Origin: Candidatus Latescibacterota bacterium
GTDB lineage: Bacteria > Latescibacterota > UBA2968 > GCA-2709665
DNA: 64,000 bases
Reading direction: 5' to 3'
Assembly (NCBI GenBank): GCA_965248435.1
Contig: OZ252100.1
Location: 3,520,001-3,584,000 of the forward strand
A program made the translations under genes and the position numbers. Positions 1-9,620 of the stretch are shown here, piece by piece. Numbering within the stretch: the stretch's first letter is position 1; each line of letters opens with the position of its first letter. The notes beneath the pieces were generated by a model that was given only the letters and a program-made list of their open reading frames with translations, did no database searches and was not told where the DNA came from.

Positions 1-618
1 GAGCGCTACGAGTTCTTGTCAAAGCAGCGAGCAGATCTGGAGGAGGCAGAGAATACACTGAAGAGAACCATCATGAAGATCGACAGGACGGCGAGAGCGC
101 GGTTTTTGGAGGCTTTCTCGAAGATCCGAGAGAATTTTCAGCAGACCTTCACGGCCTTCTTCGAAGGCGGGGAAGCGGACCTCGTGCTTGCGCCTGATGT
201 AGACCCCTTAGAAGCGCCCGTGCAGATTATCGCGCGTCCAAGAGGAAAGCGTCTTCAGAACATCAACCTGCTTTCAGGGGGAGAGCGTGCACTGACCGCG
301 ATTGCCATGCTCTTCGCGATCTATCTGGTCAAGCCGAGTCCTTTCTGCATCCTTGACGAAGTAGACGCGCCGCTCGATGATGCGAATGTTGATCGATTCA
401 TACGTGTGGTTCGTAAGTTCTCGGAGCAGACTCAGTTTATTGTTGTGACCCACAATAAGGGGACGATGGAAGCGGCCGACTGCCTGCACGGGATCACCAT
501 GGAGGAACCAGGCGTATCCAAGCTCGTGTCTGTACGTCTGGGACAGGGCGATGAGTCGGGAGGGAACGGCCAGGCAGAAAGCCTGGAGGAGCCGGCGATG
601 GTTGGAGCCAACGGCTAG
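1..618 (+). CDS. smc: Chromosome segregation protein SMC, C-terminal head (5'-partial)
   Basis: LSGGERAL signature, PSPFCILDEVDAPLDDANV Walker B/D-loop, QFIVVTHN; the frame is open from base 1. Confidence 0.95.
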   Translation, partial: ERYEFLSKQRADLEEAENTLKRTIMKIDRTARARFLEAFSKIRENFQQTFTAFFEGGEADLVLAPDVDPLEAPVQIIARPRGKRLQNINLLSGGERALTAIAMLFAIYLVKPSPFCILDEVDAPLDDANVDRFIRVVRKFSEQTQFIVVTHNKGTMEAADCLHGITMEEPGVSKLVSVRLGQGDESGGNGQAESLEEPAMVGANG

Positions 619-726
619 CTAAAGTGCGCCCTTTACGGGTATCGTCGCTCGTTGACCGTTGATGTTACACGGAGGCCGGATAATCTGATGAATTGATTGA
701 TTAAGCAAGAGCATAGGCCAAAAAAG

Positions 727-763
727 AAAACCCGTGCTGTCCTCGTGGACTGCAGGGGTTTTT
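727..763. terminator. Probable bidirectional intrinsic terminator
   Basis: AAAACCCgTGCtGTCC-tcgt-GGACtGCAgGGGTTTTT, an imperfect stem flanked by A and T runs, between convergent smc and the flagellar operon end. Confidence 0.6.
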
Positions 764-790
764 GCGTTGTGCGTGATCTCCAGAGTGACC

Positions 791-1303
791 TTACGACTCG
801 GATTGACGCGCGGTCCCTTCTTCAGGCAGGTTCATCACGCGCGCGACCATCCGGACCTCTGCGGTTCCGATGCTCAACTCGCGTGCGACATCACGGGTCG
901 ACTTGCCTTCAGATAAGAGTTTTCGTGCCCTTGCGTAGGGGTCGTCATCGATCTCTTCTCTTTCGTCCGCCGCTTCCGGCTTGGAAGACTCAGTGGAACT
1001 GGGTGTCGCTAAGGCTTCGAGCGGCGCAGGCGTCAGTTCCTTTATTCGGTCTAATCTCTCGTCGAGGGACTTAAAGCCCTCATTGAGCTGTTCATCCGCG
1101 GTCTGAAGAGAGGCGGTGGCATGTTGTAGGGATTCCACTACGAGCGAGAGTCTGTCGACTTCCACGGACAGGCCCTTGAGTTGCTTCTGGGCCTCTTCTC
1201 GTTCCTCCTTGCGCCAGCCCCGGCACCAGACCAGGATGGAGAAAACCATGGCGAGACAGAAGAGGATAGAGATGGCCCAGTATAGAATTTCGATACCTTG
1301 CAT
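791..1303 (-). CDS. Membrane-anchored coiled-coil protein with C-terminal HTH-like motif (DUF2802/DUF6115-like), last gene of the flagellar operon
   Basis: N-terminal TM helix, heptad region, C-terminal YARARKLLSEGKSTRDVARELSIGTAEV. Confidence 0.6.
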   Translation of the reverse strand: MQGIEILYWAISILFCLAMVFSILVWCRGWRKEEREEAQKQLKGLSVEVDRLSLVVESLQHATASLQTADEQLNEGFKSLDERLDRIKELTPAPLEALATPSSTESSKPEAADEREEIDDDPYARARKLLSEGKSTRDVARELSIGTAEVRMVARVMNLPEEGTARQSES

Positions 1304-1339
1304 CAGATTTTCAGAATCGTCCGTTCGCGGAGTCCGAGC

Positions 1340-2536
1340 TTACGAAGCCTCGGACGTGTAGTTTGGAAATTCAAGCGTAAAGGTCGTGCCCACGCCGACC
1401 TGGCTGTCTACCGTGATTTTGCCTTTATGATTTTTGACGATACCGTGAATGATGGAAAGCCCCAGCCCGGTACCGCCCTGCTCCTCGCGGGTCGTAAAAA
1501 AGGGATCGAAGATCCGAGGCAGATGGGATTCCGGGATGCCTTCCCCGGTGTCGCGGATGCGGGCGGTGGATTTCTTGCCATCGGAGTGCAATTCGATGTC
1601 GAGTCTCCCGCCCTTGGGCATCGCCTGGTGTGCGTTGATAAGCAAGTTGAGAAAGACCTGTTCGATTTCCCCTACATTGCAATGGATCTTCGGGGAATCA
1701 CCCTCCGGGAGGTGTGTTTGAACTTCGATTCCGGATTTTTCCATCAAGTGCTGCATGAGATTGGCTGTCTGTGTGACCACGTAGACAAGATCGGCGGGCT
1801 TCCATTCTTCCTCTTCATTGTTGTGCCTGGCAAAGTCGAGCAAGCTACGGATGATTCGCGAGACCCGCTTGACGTTAGACTCGATCAGCACCAGGTCATC
1901 GGTAAAACGTTCCTCGTTTGCGTAGCGTATCAACAGGAGTTGTACACGGCTCAGGATGATCTGGAGAGGGTTGTTGACCTCGTGAGCAACGCCCGCTGCC
2001 AACTGGCCAACGGCGGCCAGTTTTCCGGACTGAACCAACTGGATCTGAGAGGCTTTGAGTTTCTCCCGGGTTCGGATCTGAGCATCGTAGAGCCGCACAT
2101 TCTCGAGGGCCATCGCCGCCTGACGTGACAGGATGGATATCAGGTCAAGTTCTTCCTCGGCGTAATCGTCCTGTGCACGGTCGGAGGCAATCACAAAGAG
2201 GCCGAGGACTTGATGATCCTCAGTCACAACCGGTGAGACAACGAGGGTCTTCCCAGTACCTTCGGGGTGGACATCCGCCTCAGACACGACCAGAGGCTTT
2301 TCGATCTCGAAGGTCTCCCTGAGTAGGCCATTCTTGTGGAGCTGATGAACACGGGCTTCAAAGGAGGGGAGCGCGTTCCGCGTCGTGAGCAGTTCGGGAG
2401 CGCCTTTGCCCTGGATCCGAAAGATGCCCGAAGCGTGCGTGTCGGTAAGCGTTTCGCAGAGTTGGAGAAGGGCGTTCAAGACGCCCTCAAGGGGTTCTTT
2501 AGGCATAGTGCCCGCGGTCAGTCTATGCACGTCCAC
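1340..2536 (-). CDS. Cytoplasmic GAF-domain sensor histidine kinase (NtrB-like HisKA/HATPase)
   Basis: GAF end QAAMALENVRLY, H-box AHEVNNPL, N-box NLLINA, G boxes DTGEGI, FDPFFTT, GTGLGL; no TM helix. Confidence 0.9.
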   Translation of the reverse strand: MDVHRLTAGTMPKEPLEGVLNALLQLCETLTDTHASGIFRIQGKGAPELLTTRNALPSFEARVHQLHKNGLLRETFEIEKPLVVSEADVHPEGTGKTLVVSPVVTEDHQVLGLFVIASDRAQDDYAEEELDLISILSRQAAMALENVRLYDAQIRTREKLKASQIQLVQSGKLAAVGQLAAGVAHEVNNPLQIILSRVQLLLIRYANEERFTDDLVLIESNVKRVSRIIRSLLDFARHNNEEEEWKPADLVYVVTQTANLMQHLMEKSGIEVQTHLPEGDSPKIHCNVGEIEQVFLNLLINAHQAMPKGGRLDIELHSDGKKSTARIRDTGEGIPESHLPRIFDPFFTTREEQGGTGLGLSIIHGIVKNHKGKITVDSQVGVGTTFTLEFPNYTSEAS

Positions 2537-2562
2537 ACAGTTGGTTTAATCGCGACTTTACT

Positions 2563-3483
2563 TCAATCACCCAGGTCATCAAAGACCTGAGCCTTGTCAA
2601 GCTCGGCATCGAGACCCTCGCCTAAACGGTCGAGCAGAGCTTCGTCTGAGAGGTCTTCCCCGCCCTTGAACAGGCCCGCTACCATAGCGTCCAGTCTGGC
2701 GGGCTGACTATCTCCACTGTTTCCAATACCGCGATGCCGCACGAGGGCGTTGGCCAGATGGACGAGAAGGAGGAGCTCCTCAGGATTCTCGAGATCGCTG
2801 GGATTGTGGTGATAGGCGATCGTCTCAACGAGGGCTTGAGGGAGGTTCCACTTTTCGGCCAGCCAACCTCCGATGTCAGCGTGGGTCACACCAAGGGTCT
2901 GCTCCTCTGCCTCGGCGATCGTCAAACTTTCAGTCTCGGCCTTTTCTAGGGCTTCAGAGAATTGATCGGGGAAGTACTCGATCAAGATCAGCTTTCCGAT
3001 GTCGTGCAGGATTCCGCAAACGAAAGCTTCGGCCTCGACCTTGTAGTTGAACCTCTTCGCCAGCATCTGCCCCGCGACGGCACTGGCGATGGCGTGGCCC
3101 CAAAATCTCTGCCGGTCAAAGAGCCGGTGTTCCTTTCCGCTGGAGAATCGCTTAAGCACGGCAACACTGAGGCCCAGGTTTTTGACCGCTTCGAACCCCA
3201 GCACGACGATGGCGAGCTGGATCGTCGCGATTTTGCGCGGAAAGCCGTAAAAGGCAGAGTTGGCGACTTTCAGGATCTTCGCCGTCAGGGCCTGGTCGGT
3301 GGATATGAGCTTGGCGAGTTGTCTCGCGGAAGACTTGGGGTCTCCGACCAGGGCGATGAGCTGAGTAACGATGGTCGGTAGGGTGGGCAGCCCAATGATT
3401 TTCTCGGTGACTTGGCGCAGCGCTTGAATGCGGTCCTGTCGCATGTCCACGGTCTGTTCGGATCTCTGGGCCAGTTTTTGCAC
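2563..3483 (-). CDS. HDOD domain protein
   Basis: LPTLP, DQALTAKILKVANSAFYG, GILHDIGKL, THADIGGWLAEKWNLP motifs. Confidence 0.92.
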   Translation of the reverse strand: MQKLAQRSEQTVDMRQDRIQALRQVTEKIIGLPTLPTIVTQLIALVGDPKSSARQLAKLISTDQALTAKILKVANSAFYGFPRKIATIQLAIVVLGFEAVKNLGLSVAVLKRFSSGKEHRLFDRQRFWGHAIASAVAGQMLAKRFNYKVEAEAFVCGILHDIGKLILIEYFPDQFSEALEKAETESLTIAEAEEQTLGVTHADIGGWLAEKWNLPQALVETIAYHHNPSDLENPEELLLLVHLANALVRHRGIGNSGDSQPARLDAMVAGLFKGGEDLSDEALLDRLGEGLDAELDKAQVFDDLGD

Positions 3484-3534
3484 GGTGATTTCCTCAGCGA
3501 TGACTCGGCGAAGCGAGGAACCGGAAATCGATCA

Positions 3535-4308
3535 TTACTGCATCAACCGCATCCGGAGCTTGGCGCGGAGACTGAGGACGGATTTCGTGTGAATCTGTGA
3601 GACTCGGGATTCGGACAGTTCCATTACCTGTCCGATTTCTTTGAGCGTCAACTCTTCATAATAGTAGAGCGCAATGACCAGACGTTCCTGTTCGCTCAGA
3701 AGTTCAATGGATTCGACCAAGAGTTTGCGCATCTCGTCCCGCTCCAAGTCGGAGAGGGCATCAGAGCGTTCGCGAGATTGAAGCGTGTCGATGAGGGGGA
3801 CAGGTTTGTCGTCGTCTGAGCCATAAGTGAGTTCGTCCAACGACAGAAGGGTCGTTGAACTGACATCGTCTAGGAGTTTGTAGAGATCTCCAAGCGAGAT
3901 GTCGAGATTTTCAGCGATTTCTTCCTCAGTGGGTGAGCGTCCCAGTCTGTTTTCGAGGGATGCGATGGCCTTCTCGACCTGGCGGGATCTGGCTCGAGTA
4001 GACCTGGGTGCCCAATCGATGGCGCGGAGTTCATCCAGAATCGAACCCCTGATGCGCATCGAGGCATAACTTTCAAATTTCACGCCTTTGCTCTTGTCGA
4101 AGTTGTTGTAGGCCTCGATGAGCCCCACGACACCGGCGTTGATGAGATCGTCCAGTTCGACCGACTTCGGCAGGCCGATCGCGATTCGCCCGGCGATGTA
4201 TTTGACCAGAGGAAGATAGTTCATAAGCTGCTTCTCTCGCACCGAGGCATCGGATTGTTCCTCGTAGGCTTTGGTCAGGTGCGATTTCTGTTTTTTGGTC
4301 GTTTTCAT
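3535..4308 (-). CDS. fliA: RNA polymerase sigma-28 factor FliA/WhiG
   Basis: RIRGSILDELRAIDW, LYYYEELTLKEIGQVMELSESRVSQIH; ATG at 4308 overlaps the flhG stop (ATGA). Confidence 0.95.
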   Translation of the reverse strand: MKTTKKQKSHLTKAYEEQSDASVREKQLMNYLPLVKYIAGRIAIGLPKSVELDDLINAGVVGLIEAYNNFDKSKGVKFESYASMRIRGSILDELRAIDWAPRSTRARSRQVEKAIASLENRLGRSPTEEEIAENLDISLGDLYKLLDDVSSTTLLSLDELTYGSDDDKPVPLIDTLQSRERSDALSDLERDEMRKLLVESIELLSEQERLVIALYYYEELTLKEIGQVMELSESRVSQIHTKSVLSLRAKLRMRLMQ

Positions 4309-5159
4309 AGCAAACTTTCGGCCTCCGCTTCGGCGACCCATCTGTCCATCAGGCGCTCGAAAAGTCCAGGCCCGGTGTGACGAAGTGTCGTCGTGTCAGG
4401 GGCGAGGAGCTCTGTCAGGTCCGAGATGCATCTGGCGGCAACCGAGTCTGGGTGCGAAAGGATCACGGGACTCTGGTTGCGTGCAGCCTGCTCGACGGAA
4501 GAGTCTTCAAGGACGTGCCCTGCCTTTGAGACCGATGTGCCGAGGAACCGATTGACAATATTGTTGAAGTTCTGGTGAAGCTCGAACGCCTCGCGGGGCG
4601 ACCGCGCCCTGTTGACCAGAAGGCTGACATCGAGGTCTTCACGCTGCGCTTGACAGACCTTGACCATCGCGTAGGCATCCGCAATCGAGGTTGGTTCAGG
4701 TACAGCGACAAGGATCATCCGGTCGGCCGAGAGGACGAAATCGGTGACCTTCGAAGAGATTCCGGCGCCCGTGTCGATCAGAATCAAATCGAATCCTCGT
4801 TCCAATCGCCGCATCTCCTCGGCAAAGGTCTGCTGGTCTCCCGGCCTCCAGGCATCCTGCTCCGATAACCCGGAAGCTGCCGGAAGGATCGAAAGGCCTT
4901 CCGGGCCTGGCACGACGACATCGAACGCGCTGGCACGTCCCTGGAGGAGATCCTCTACGGTGGCCTCCGGAGATAACCCAAGCAGGATGTCTATATTGGC
5001 CAGACCGAGGTCTGCATCGATCAGGAGCACCTGCCTTCCCGCCCTGGATAGGGAGATCCCGAGGTTCAGGCTAAGGGTCGTCTTTCCGACCCCTCCCTTT
5101 CCACTGGTGATCGCCCAGACGGAGGCACTTTCGGCTGCGGGTTCACCCGGAAAGGACAT
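4305..5159 (-). CDS. flhG: MinD-like flagellar number regulator FlhG/FleN
   Basis: SGKGGVGKT, DADLGLANID, DTGAG, EPTSIADAY; lies between flhF and fliA. Confidence 0.92.
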   Translation of the reverse strand: MSFPGEPAAESASVWAITSGKGGVGKTTLSLNLGISLSRAGRQVLLIDADLGLANIDILLGLSPEATVEDLLQGRASAFDVVVPGPEGLSILPAASGLSEQDAWRPGDQQTFAEEMRRLERGFDLILIDTGAGISSKVTDFVLSADRMILVAVPEPTSIADAYAMVKVCQAQREDLDVSLLVNRARSPREAFELHQNFNNIVNRFLGTSVSKAGHVLEDSSVEQAARNQSPVILSHPDSVAARCISDLTELLAPDTTTLRHTGPGLFERLMDRWVAEAEAESLL

Positions 5160-6360
5160 TCGCCCTCCTGTTCAGGCTTGCGACCGCCAGACGACGGGGA
5201 TCGCCCGGGTGCAGGTCGCCGGGCACGGACCTTCCATCGGTCGTGAAAGAGAGCGGAAGCTTGGATCTTACTGCAAAACTGCAAGCCGCACCGAGACGCC
5301 GGGTCTCGTCAAGCTTTGTGAAGAGCAGGCGATCGGCACCCAACCTGGAGAAGGCGCTTAGGGAATCTTTCATCTGCCGATAGTCGGTGGTGGCACTCAG
5401 GACCAGGTGAATTTCGCTCGGACCAGCCTCACGAAGGAACTTGCCCAGGTTTTCCAGTTGCTTGGCGTCCACGGGACTCGTACCGGATGTATCGATCAGG
5501 ATGAGATCGACGTCCCGCCGGGCGTGGATCACCTCTCCCATCTCCTCGGGTGTTTGCGCGATGTCCAGTGGCGTCTGGAGGATGCTGGCGTAGGCCCGAA
5601 GCTGTTCGAGTCCGCCGACCCGATCGGGGTCCGCGGCGATGAACGCCGTGCGTGCCTTCTTTTCTGAACTGTATTGCGCGGCGATCCTGGCTGCCGCCGT
5701 CGTTTTGCCGACACCGGCGGGACCGACCAAAGCAACGACCGTTCTCACGCCTTTGGCCAGGACAGTCGGAGATGGGGGCTGGCAGCGTTCTGCCAACATC
5801 TGCGCCGCTCTACGGTGGAGCCCCTTGAGATCTTCCAGCCCGCCGTCGCCTGGTGCGAGCAGCAGCGATTTCAGGATCTCTTCGGTCAGCGTTGGTTCAA
5901 AGCCGGCGTTCAACATACGCTTGGACAGGGGATCGAGGGCGCCGGGCAGGATCAGGTTTCCTTGCAAAGCCGTCGGCTGGCCCATGGATTCCATGGAGGT
6001 CTGGAGTTCCTCGATCTGCCTGGACAACCGATCGGCCCATCCTGCGTCGGCCGCATCAGCCGTCCGGGTCTTTTGCGGGACGGGGGTTCGCTTGGAAATT
6101 CGCGGCTTCCCCGATCGGGGCGCGGGTGCGGGAGTTTTGGCCATGGGCTTGGGCCGAGGCGCACCGCCCGCCTGCCGAATGACCGCTTTGCCTTTGTCTA
6201 CGGCCGCAGTGATTTCGACCTGCGATTTCCCGAGGATGCCGAGCGCGCTGCTCTTACGAATCGTACGCTTGTTGAGCACGATGGCTTCGGACCCAAGGTC
6301 GGCCTTGACCAGCTTGAGTGCCTCCGGCATGGAGTCGGCTACGTATTTTTTAATTCGCAT
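5143..6360 (-). CDS. flhF: SRP-type GTPase FlhF
   Basis: MRIKKY..MPEALKLVKADLG N-terminus, GPAGVGKTT, DTSG, TKLDE. Confidence 0.93.
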   Translation of the reverse strand: MRIKKYVADSMPEALKLVKADLGSEAIVLNKRTIRKSSALGILGKSQVEITAAVDKGKAVIRQAGGAPRPKPMAKTPAPAPRSGKPRISKRTPVPQKTRTADAADAGWADRLSRQIEELQTSMESMGQPTALQGNLILPGALDPLSKRMLNAGFEPTLTEEILKSLLLAPGDGGLEDLKGLHRRAAQMLAERCQPPSPTVLAKGVRTVVALVGPAGVGKTTAAARIAAQYSSEKKARTAFIAADPDRVGGLEQLRAYASILQTPLDIAQTPEEMGEVIHARRDVDLILIDTSGTSPVDAKQLENLGKFLREAGPSEIHLVLSATTDYRQMKDSLSAFSRLGADRLLFTKLDETRRLGAACSFAVRSKLPLSFTTDGRSVPGDLHPGDPRRLAVASLNRRANVLSG

Positions 6361-8413
6361 TGTCGTCGCTCATTGAGAGCATACCTACGGAGAAGACCTC
6401 TACTCCGGGGATGATCTCGTTGTAGGAGAGGATGACAAGATTGGGGAAGGTGGCCTCGGTCAGCCGTCGAAGGGCGAGCCGTATGTTCGGCGAGACGAGC
6501 AGCAGGGGCTGCCGACCATTTGAAACCATGGAATCGATCGCCTCGGCCAGCTGTTCGAAAAATCGATTGGTCAGGTCGGGGGGTAAGACCGCCTTGATGC
6601 CGACCGGCGTCGTCTGGGTGGCCTCCGAGATCTGTTGCTCCAACTCTGGTGCAACGGTGAGGACAGGAATGTTACCTTCGTCGGTCTGGTAGTTCTGGCA
6701 AATCGGACGGGCGAGGGCCGCCCGGACATACTCGGTGAGGATGTCCGGATCCTGAGTTACCCCGGCGTAGTCGGCAAGGGTCTCAAGGATGGACTGCATA
6801 TCCCGAATCGGGACACGTTCCTTCAGGAGATTCTGCAGCACCTTCTGTACCCCTCCCACCTTGAGTTGATCCGGAATCAGCTCGTCGACGACCGTCGGGT
6901 TCTTCTCCTTGATCTGGTCGATCAGCGTCTGGATGTCCTGCCGCGAGGGGATCTCGTATGCATGGGTCTTGATGATCTCTGTCAAATGGGTCGCGAGTAC
7001 AGCGGGCGGTTCCACGACAGTGTAGCCGAGAAGCTCCGCCTGTTCACGGACGTCCTCCGTAATCCACTTCGCGGGGAGTCCGAATGCCGGTTCCGTCGTA
7101 TCGGTGCCTTCGATTTCTCCTTCCACGTAACCGGGGTCCATCGCGAGCAGGTTTTTTGGTTGGATCTCCCCGCGTGCCACGCTCACACCCTTGATGTTGA
7201 TCGTGTATTCGTTCGGACTGTAAGTGATATCGTCCCGAATGCGGACAGGGGGGATCACGATTCCCAGGTCGAGCGCGGTCTGCTTTCTGAGCATCGTGAC
7301 CCTTTCGAGCAGGTCTCCTCCCTGCGCAGGGTCGACCAGGGGGATGAGGCCATAACCGATCCTGATCTCCAGGGGATCGACAAGCAGGTAGTCTTCAACT
7401 TTCTCCTCCGGCGCCGCTTTTTCTTCTTCAGCGGCTTCTTCCAGGGCGATCTCTTGCATTTGGGATCTATGGGCCGTAAATGCCACGACCGCAGTCGTTG
7501 CGGCCATGATGACAAAAGGAACAGAGGGCAGCCCCGGCACGAAAGCAAAGCCGATCAGTACTGCAGACGCGATCATAATGGCACGAGGTTGCGAAGTGAG
7601 TTCACGGCCCAGATCCATCCCAAGGCTGGCTCTCGATGTGGAGCGGGTAACGATGATGCCCGCAGAAGTCGAGGTAATGAGGGCAGGAATCTGCGTCACG
7701 AGGCCGTCACCGATCGTGAGGATGGTATAGGTCTGGGCGGCACTCGAGGCATCCATGCCTTTCTGGAGGACGCCGATTGCGAGTCCGCCAATGATGTTGA
7801 CGAAGGTGATCAGAATGCCGGCGATTGCATCGCCCCGAACAAACTTGCTGGCGCCATCCATGGCTCCATAGAAGTCTGCTTCGCGGGCAATCGACTGGCG
7901 GCGTTCGCGGGCATCGTCCTCGGTGATTAGACCTGCGTTGAGATCGGCGTCGATGCTCATCTGCTTTCCGGGCATCGCGTCGAGGGTAAACCGCGCAGCG
8001 ACTTCTGCAACCCGGCCTGCGCCCTTTGTAATCACTACGAACTGGATGATGACGATGATCAGGAAGACCACCAGTCCCAGCACGTAGTTTCCTTTTACGA
8101 CAAACAGCCCGAAGGCGTTGATGACCTCTCCCGCATAGGCCTCACCAAGGATGAGCCGCGTCGTGGCGACGTTGAGGGAGAGTCGGAAGAGCGTCAGGAC
8201 AAGGAGCAGACCAGGGAAGACTGATAGCTGGAGGGGATCGGTAATGTAGATGGTCATCAAGAGGACCACCAGGGCGAACGCAATATTGAATGTCAGGAGG
8301 ACATCGATCAGCCCGGGTGGCATCGGGATGATCATGACCGAAATCATCCCGATTACCCCTACTGCAAAAACGACATCGGCATACCCTGCGAGCTTTTCAA
8401 AGAGGGAATTCAC
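6350..8413 (-). CDS. flhA: Flagellar export gate protein FlhA
   Basis: RVAEVAARFTLDAMPGKQMSIDADLNAG, FYGAMDGASKFVRGDAIAG. Confidence 0.97.
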   Translation of the reverse strand: MNSLFEKLAGYADVVFAVGVIGMISVMIIPMPPGLIDVLLTFNIAFALVVLLMTIYITDPLQLSVFPGLLLVLTLFRLSLNVATTRLILGEAYAGEVINAFGLFVVKGNYVLGLVVFLIIVIIQFVVITKGAGRVAEVAARFTLDAMPGKQMSIDADLNAGLITEDDARERRQSIAREADFYGAMDGASKFVRGDAIAGILITFVNIIGGLAIGVLQKGMDASSAAQTYTILTIGDGLVTQIPALITSTSAGIIVTRSTSRASLGMDLGRELTSQPRAIMIASAVLIGFAFVPGLPSVPFVIMAATTAVVAFTAHRSQMQEIALEEAAEEEKAAPEEKVEDYLLVDPLEIRIGYGLIPLVDPAQGGDLLERVTMLRKQTALDLGIVIPPVRIRDDITYSPNEYTINIKGVSVARGEIQPKNLLAMDPGYVEGEIEGTDTTEPAFGLPAKWITEDVREQAELLGYTVVEPPAVLATHLTEIIKTHAYEIPSRQDIQTLIDQIKEKNPTVVDELIPDQLKVGGVQKVLQNLLKERVPIRDMQSILETLADYAGVTQDPDILTEYVRAALARPICQNYQTDEGNIPVLTVAPELEQQISEATQTTPVGIKAVLPPDLTNRFFEQLAEAIDSMVSNGRQPLLLVSPNIRLALRRLTEATFPNLVILSYNEIIPGVEVFSVGMLSMSDDNAN

Positions 8414-8445
8414 ACCTCACCTCCAAGGTTACCGGTCACTTGCAT

Positions 8446-8475
8446 AATATACTCCTAACGTGTCACTTAAGTCAA
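8446..8475 (-). promoter_or_regulatory. Putative sigma70-type promoter for flhA and downstream genes
   Basis: Minus strand TTGACT-N18-TATATT in the flhB-flhA gap, followed by a GGAGGTG SD. Confidence 0.5.
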
Positions 8476-8507
8476 GGCAGAAGGCCTTCTCCTGGACACG
8501 CCCACGC

Positions 8508-9584
8508 TTAGTTGACAATGCTGTTGTTTCCCTTCAGCCGGAAGACGTAAGCCAGGACTTCGGCGACCGCCTTGTAGAGGTCATCGGGTATCTCTGCGCC
8601 TATCCCTACGGCCTTGAACAGCGTCTGCGCCAGTGGCTTGTTCTCCACGATGGGGACACCGGCCTGCTTCGCGACTTCCTTGATCTTTTCTGCGATCAGG
8701 TTCTGTCCCTTGGCAACAAGCTTCGGGGCATCCATGGATTCCATATCGTATCGGAGGGCGACGGCGTAGTGCGTCGGGTTTGTGACGACGACGTCAGCTT
8801 CAGGGACCTCATCCATCATGCGCTTGCGTGCCGCCTCTCTTTGCAGTGCACGGATGCGCATTCTGACCTGTGGGTCACCTTCTGTTTGTTTCAGCTCCTC
8901 CTTGACCTGCTGCTTGGTCATCTTGATGCTTTGGTTGTGCTCCCATCGCTGGTAAGCGTAGTCCAGTGCGGCCAGGACGAGGAGAGCGAGAGAGACATAC
9001 AGTCCTACTTTAAAGACCATGAATCCGATGAACTTGAACGCTGATCCCAGCGACGCATCGGCGAGGATCGCGATTCGTGGCAACTCGGGTGCGATCGTAA
9101 GGTAGCTGATGTATCCGACGATCAGGACTTTAAAGATTCCTTTGACCAGTTCCACGAGGGAACGCTTTGAAAAGATTCGCTTTGCCCCGGAGATCGGGTT
9201 CAGGCGGTTGAACTTGGGGACCAATGCCTCTTCACTCACCATGAAGCCGACCTGAGCCAGACTGACAGCCAGGGCTGCGACGCCGACGGTTAGCAGTATC
9301 GGTCCTATGGCTCCAAAGAACGTCTTTCCCCATCCCAAAAGGTGTGCTTGGAAGTTCGTGGGTGTCAGCTCGAAAGTGTGCACGCTCTCCAGTGTCGTTG
9401 TCATAAGGACGGACAAATCACGATAGAGAATGTCTCCGAGGAGGTAGATACTCGTGATTCCGGCCATCAACACCACGACAGAGTTGAGTTCCTGGCTTTT
9501 GGCAACCTGTCCCTTTCGCCGCGACTCTTCGCGGCGTCGTGGCGTTGCGGGTTCGGTCTTTTCTTGAAAAGATTCTTCAGCCAT
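8508..9584 (-). CDS. flhB: Flagellar export switch protein FlhB
   Basis: EKTEPAT N-terminus, EGDP, NPTH autocleavage motif. Confidence 0.97.
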   Translation of the reverse strand: MAEESFQEKTEPATPRRREESRRKGQVAKSQELNSVVVLMAGITSIYLLGDILYRDLSVLMTTTLESVHTFELTPTNFQAHLLGWGKTFFGAIGPILLTVGVAALAVSLAQVGFMVSEEALVPKFNRLNPISGAKRIFSKRSLVELVKGIFKVLIVGYISYLTIAPELPRIAILADASLGSAFKFIGFMVFKVGLYVSLALLVLAALDYAYQRWEHNQSIKMTKQQVKEELKQTEGDPQVRMRIRALQREAARKRMMDEVPEADVVVTNPTHYAVALRYDMESMDAPKLVAKGQNLIAEKIKEVAKQAGVPIVENKPLAQTLFKAVGIGAEIPDDLYKAVAEVLAYVFRLKGNNSIVN

Positions 9585-9620
9585 CAGAAGTTGCTCTGGT
9601 CGTTCTCAGGTGTGTGTGCG

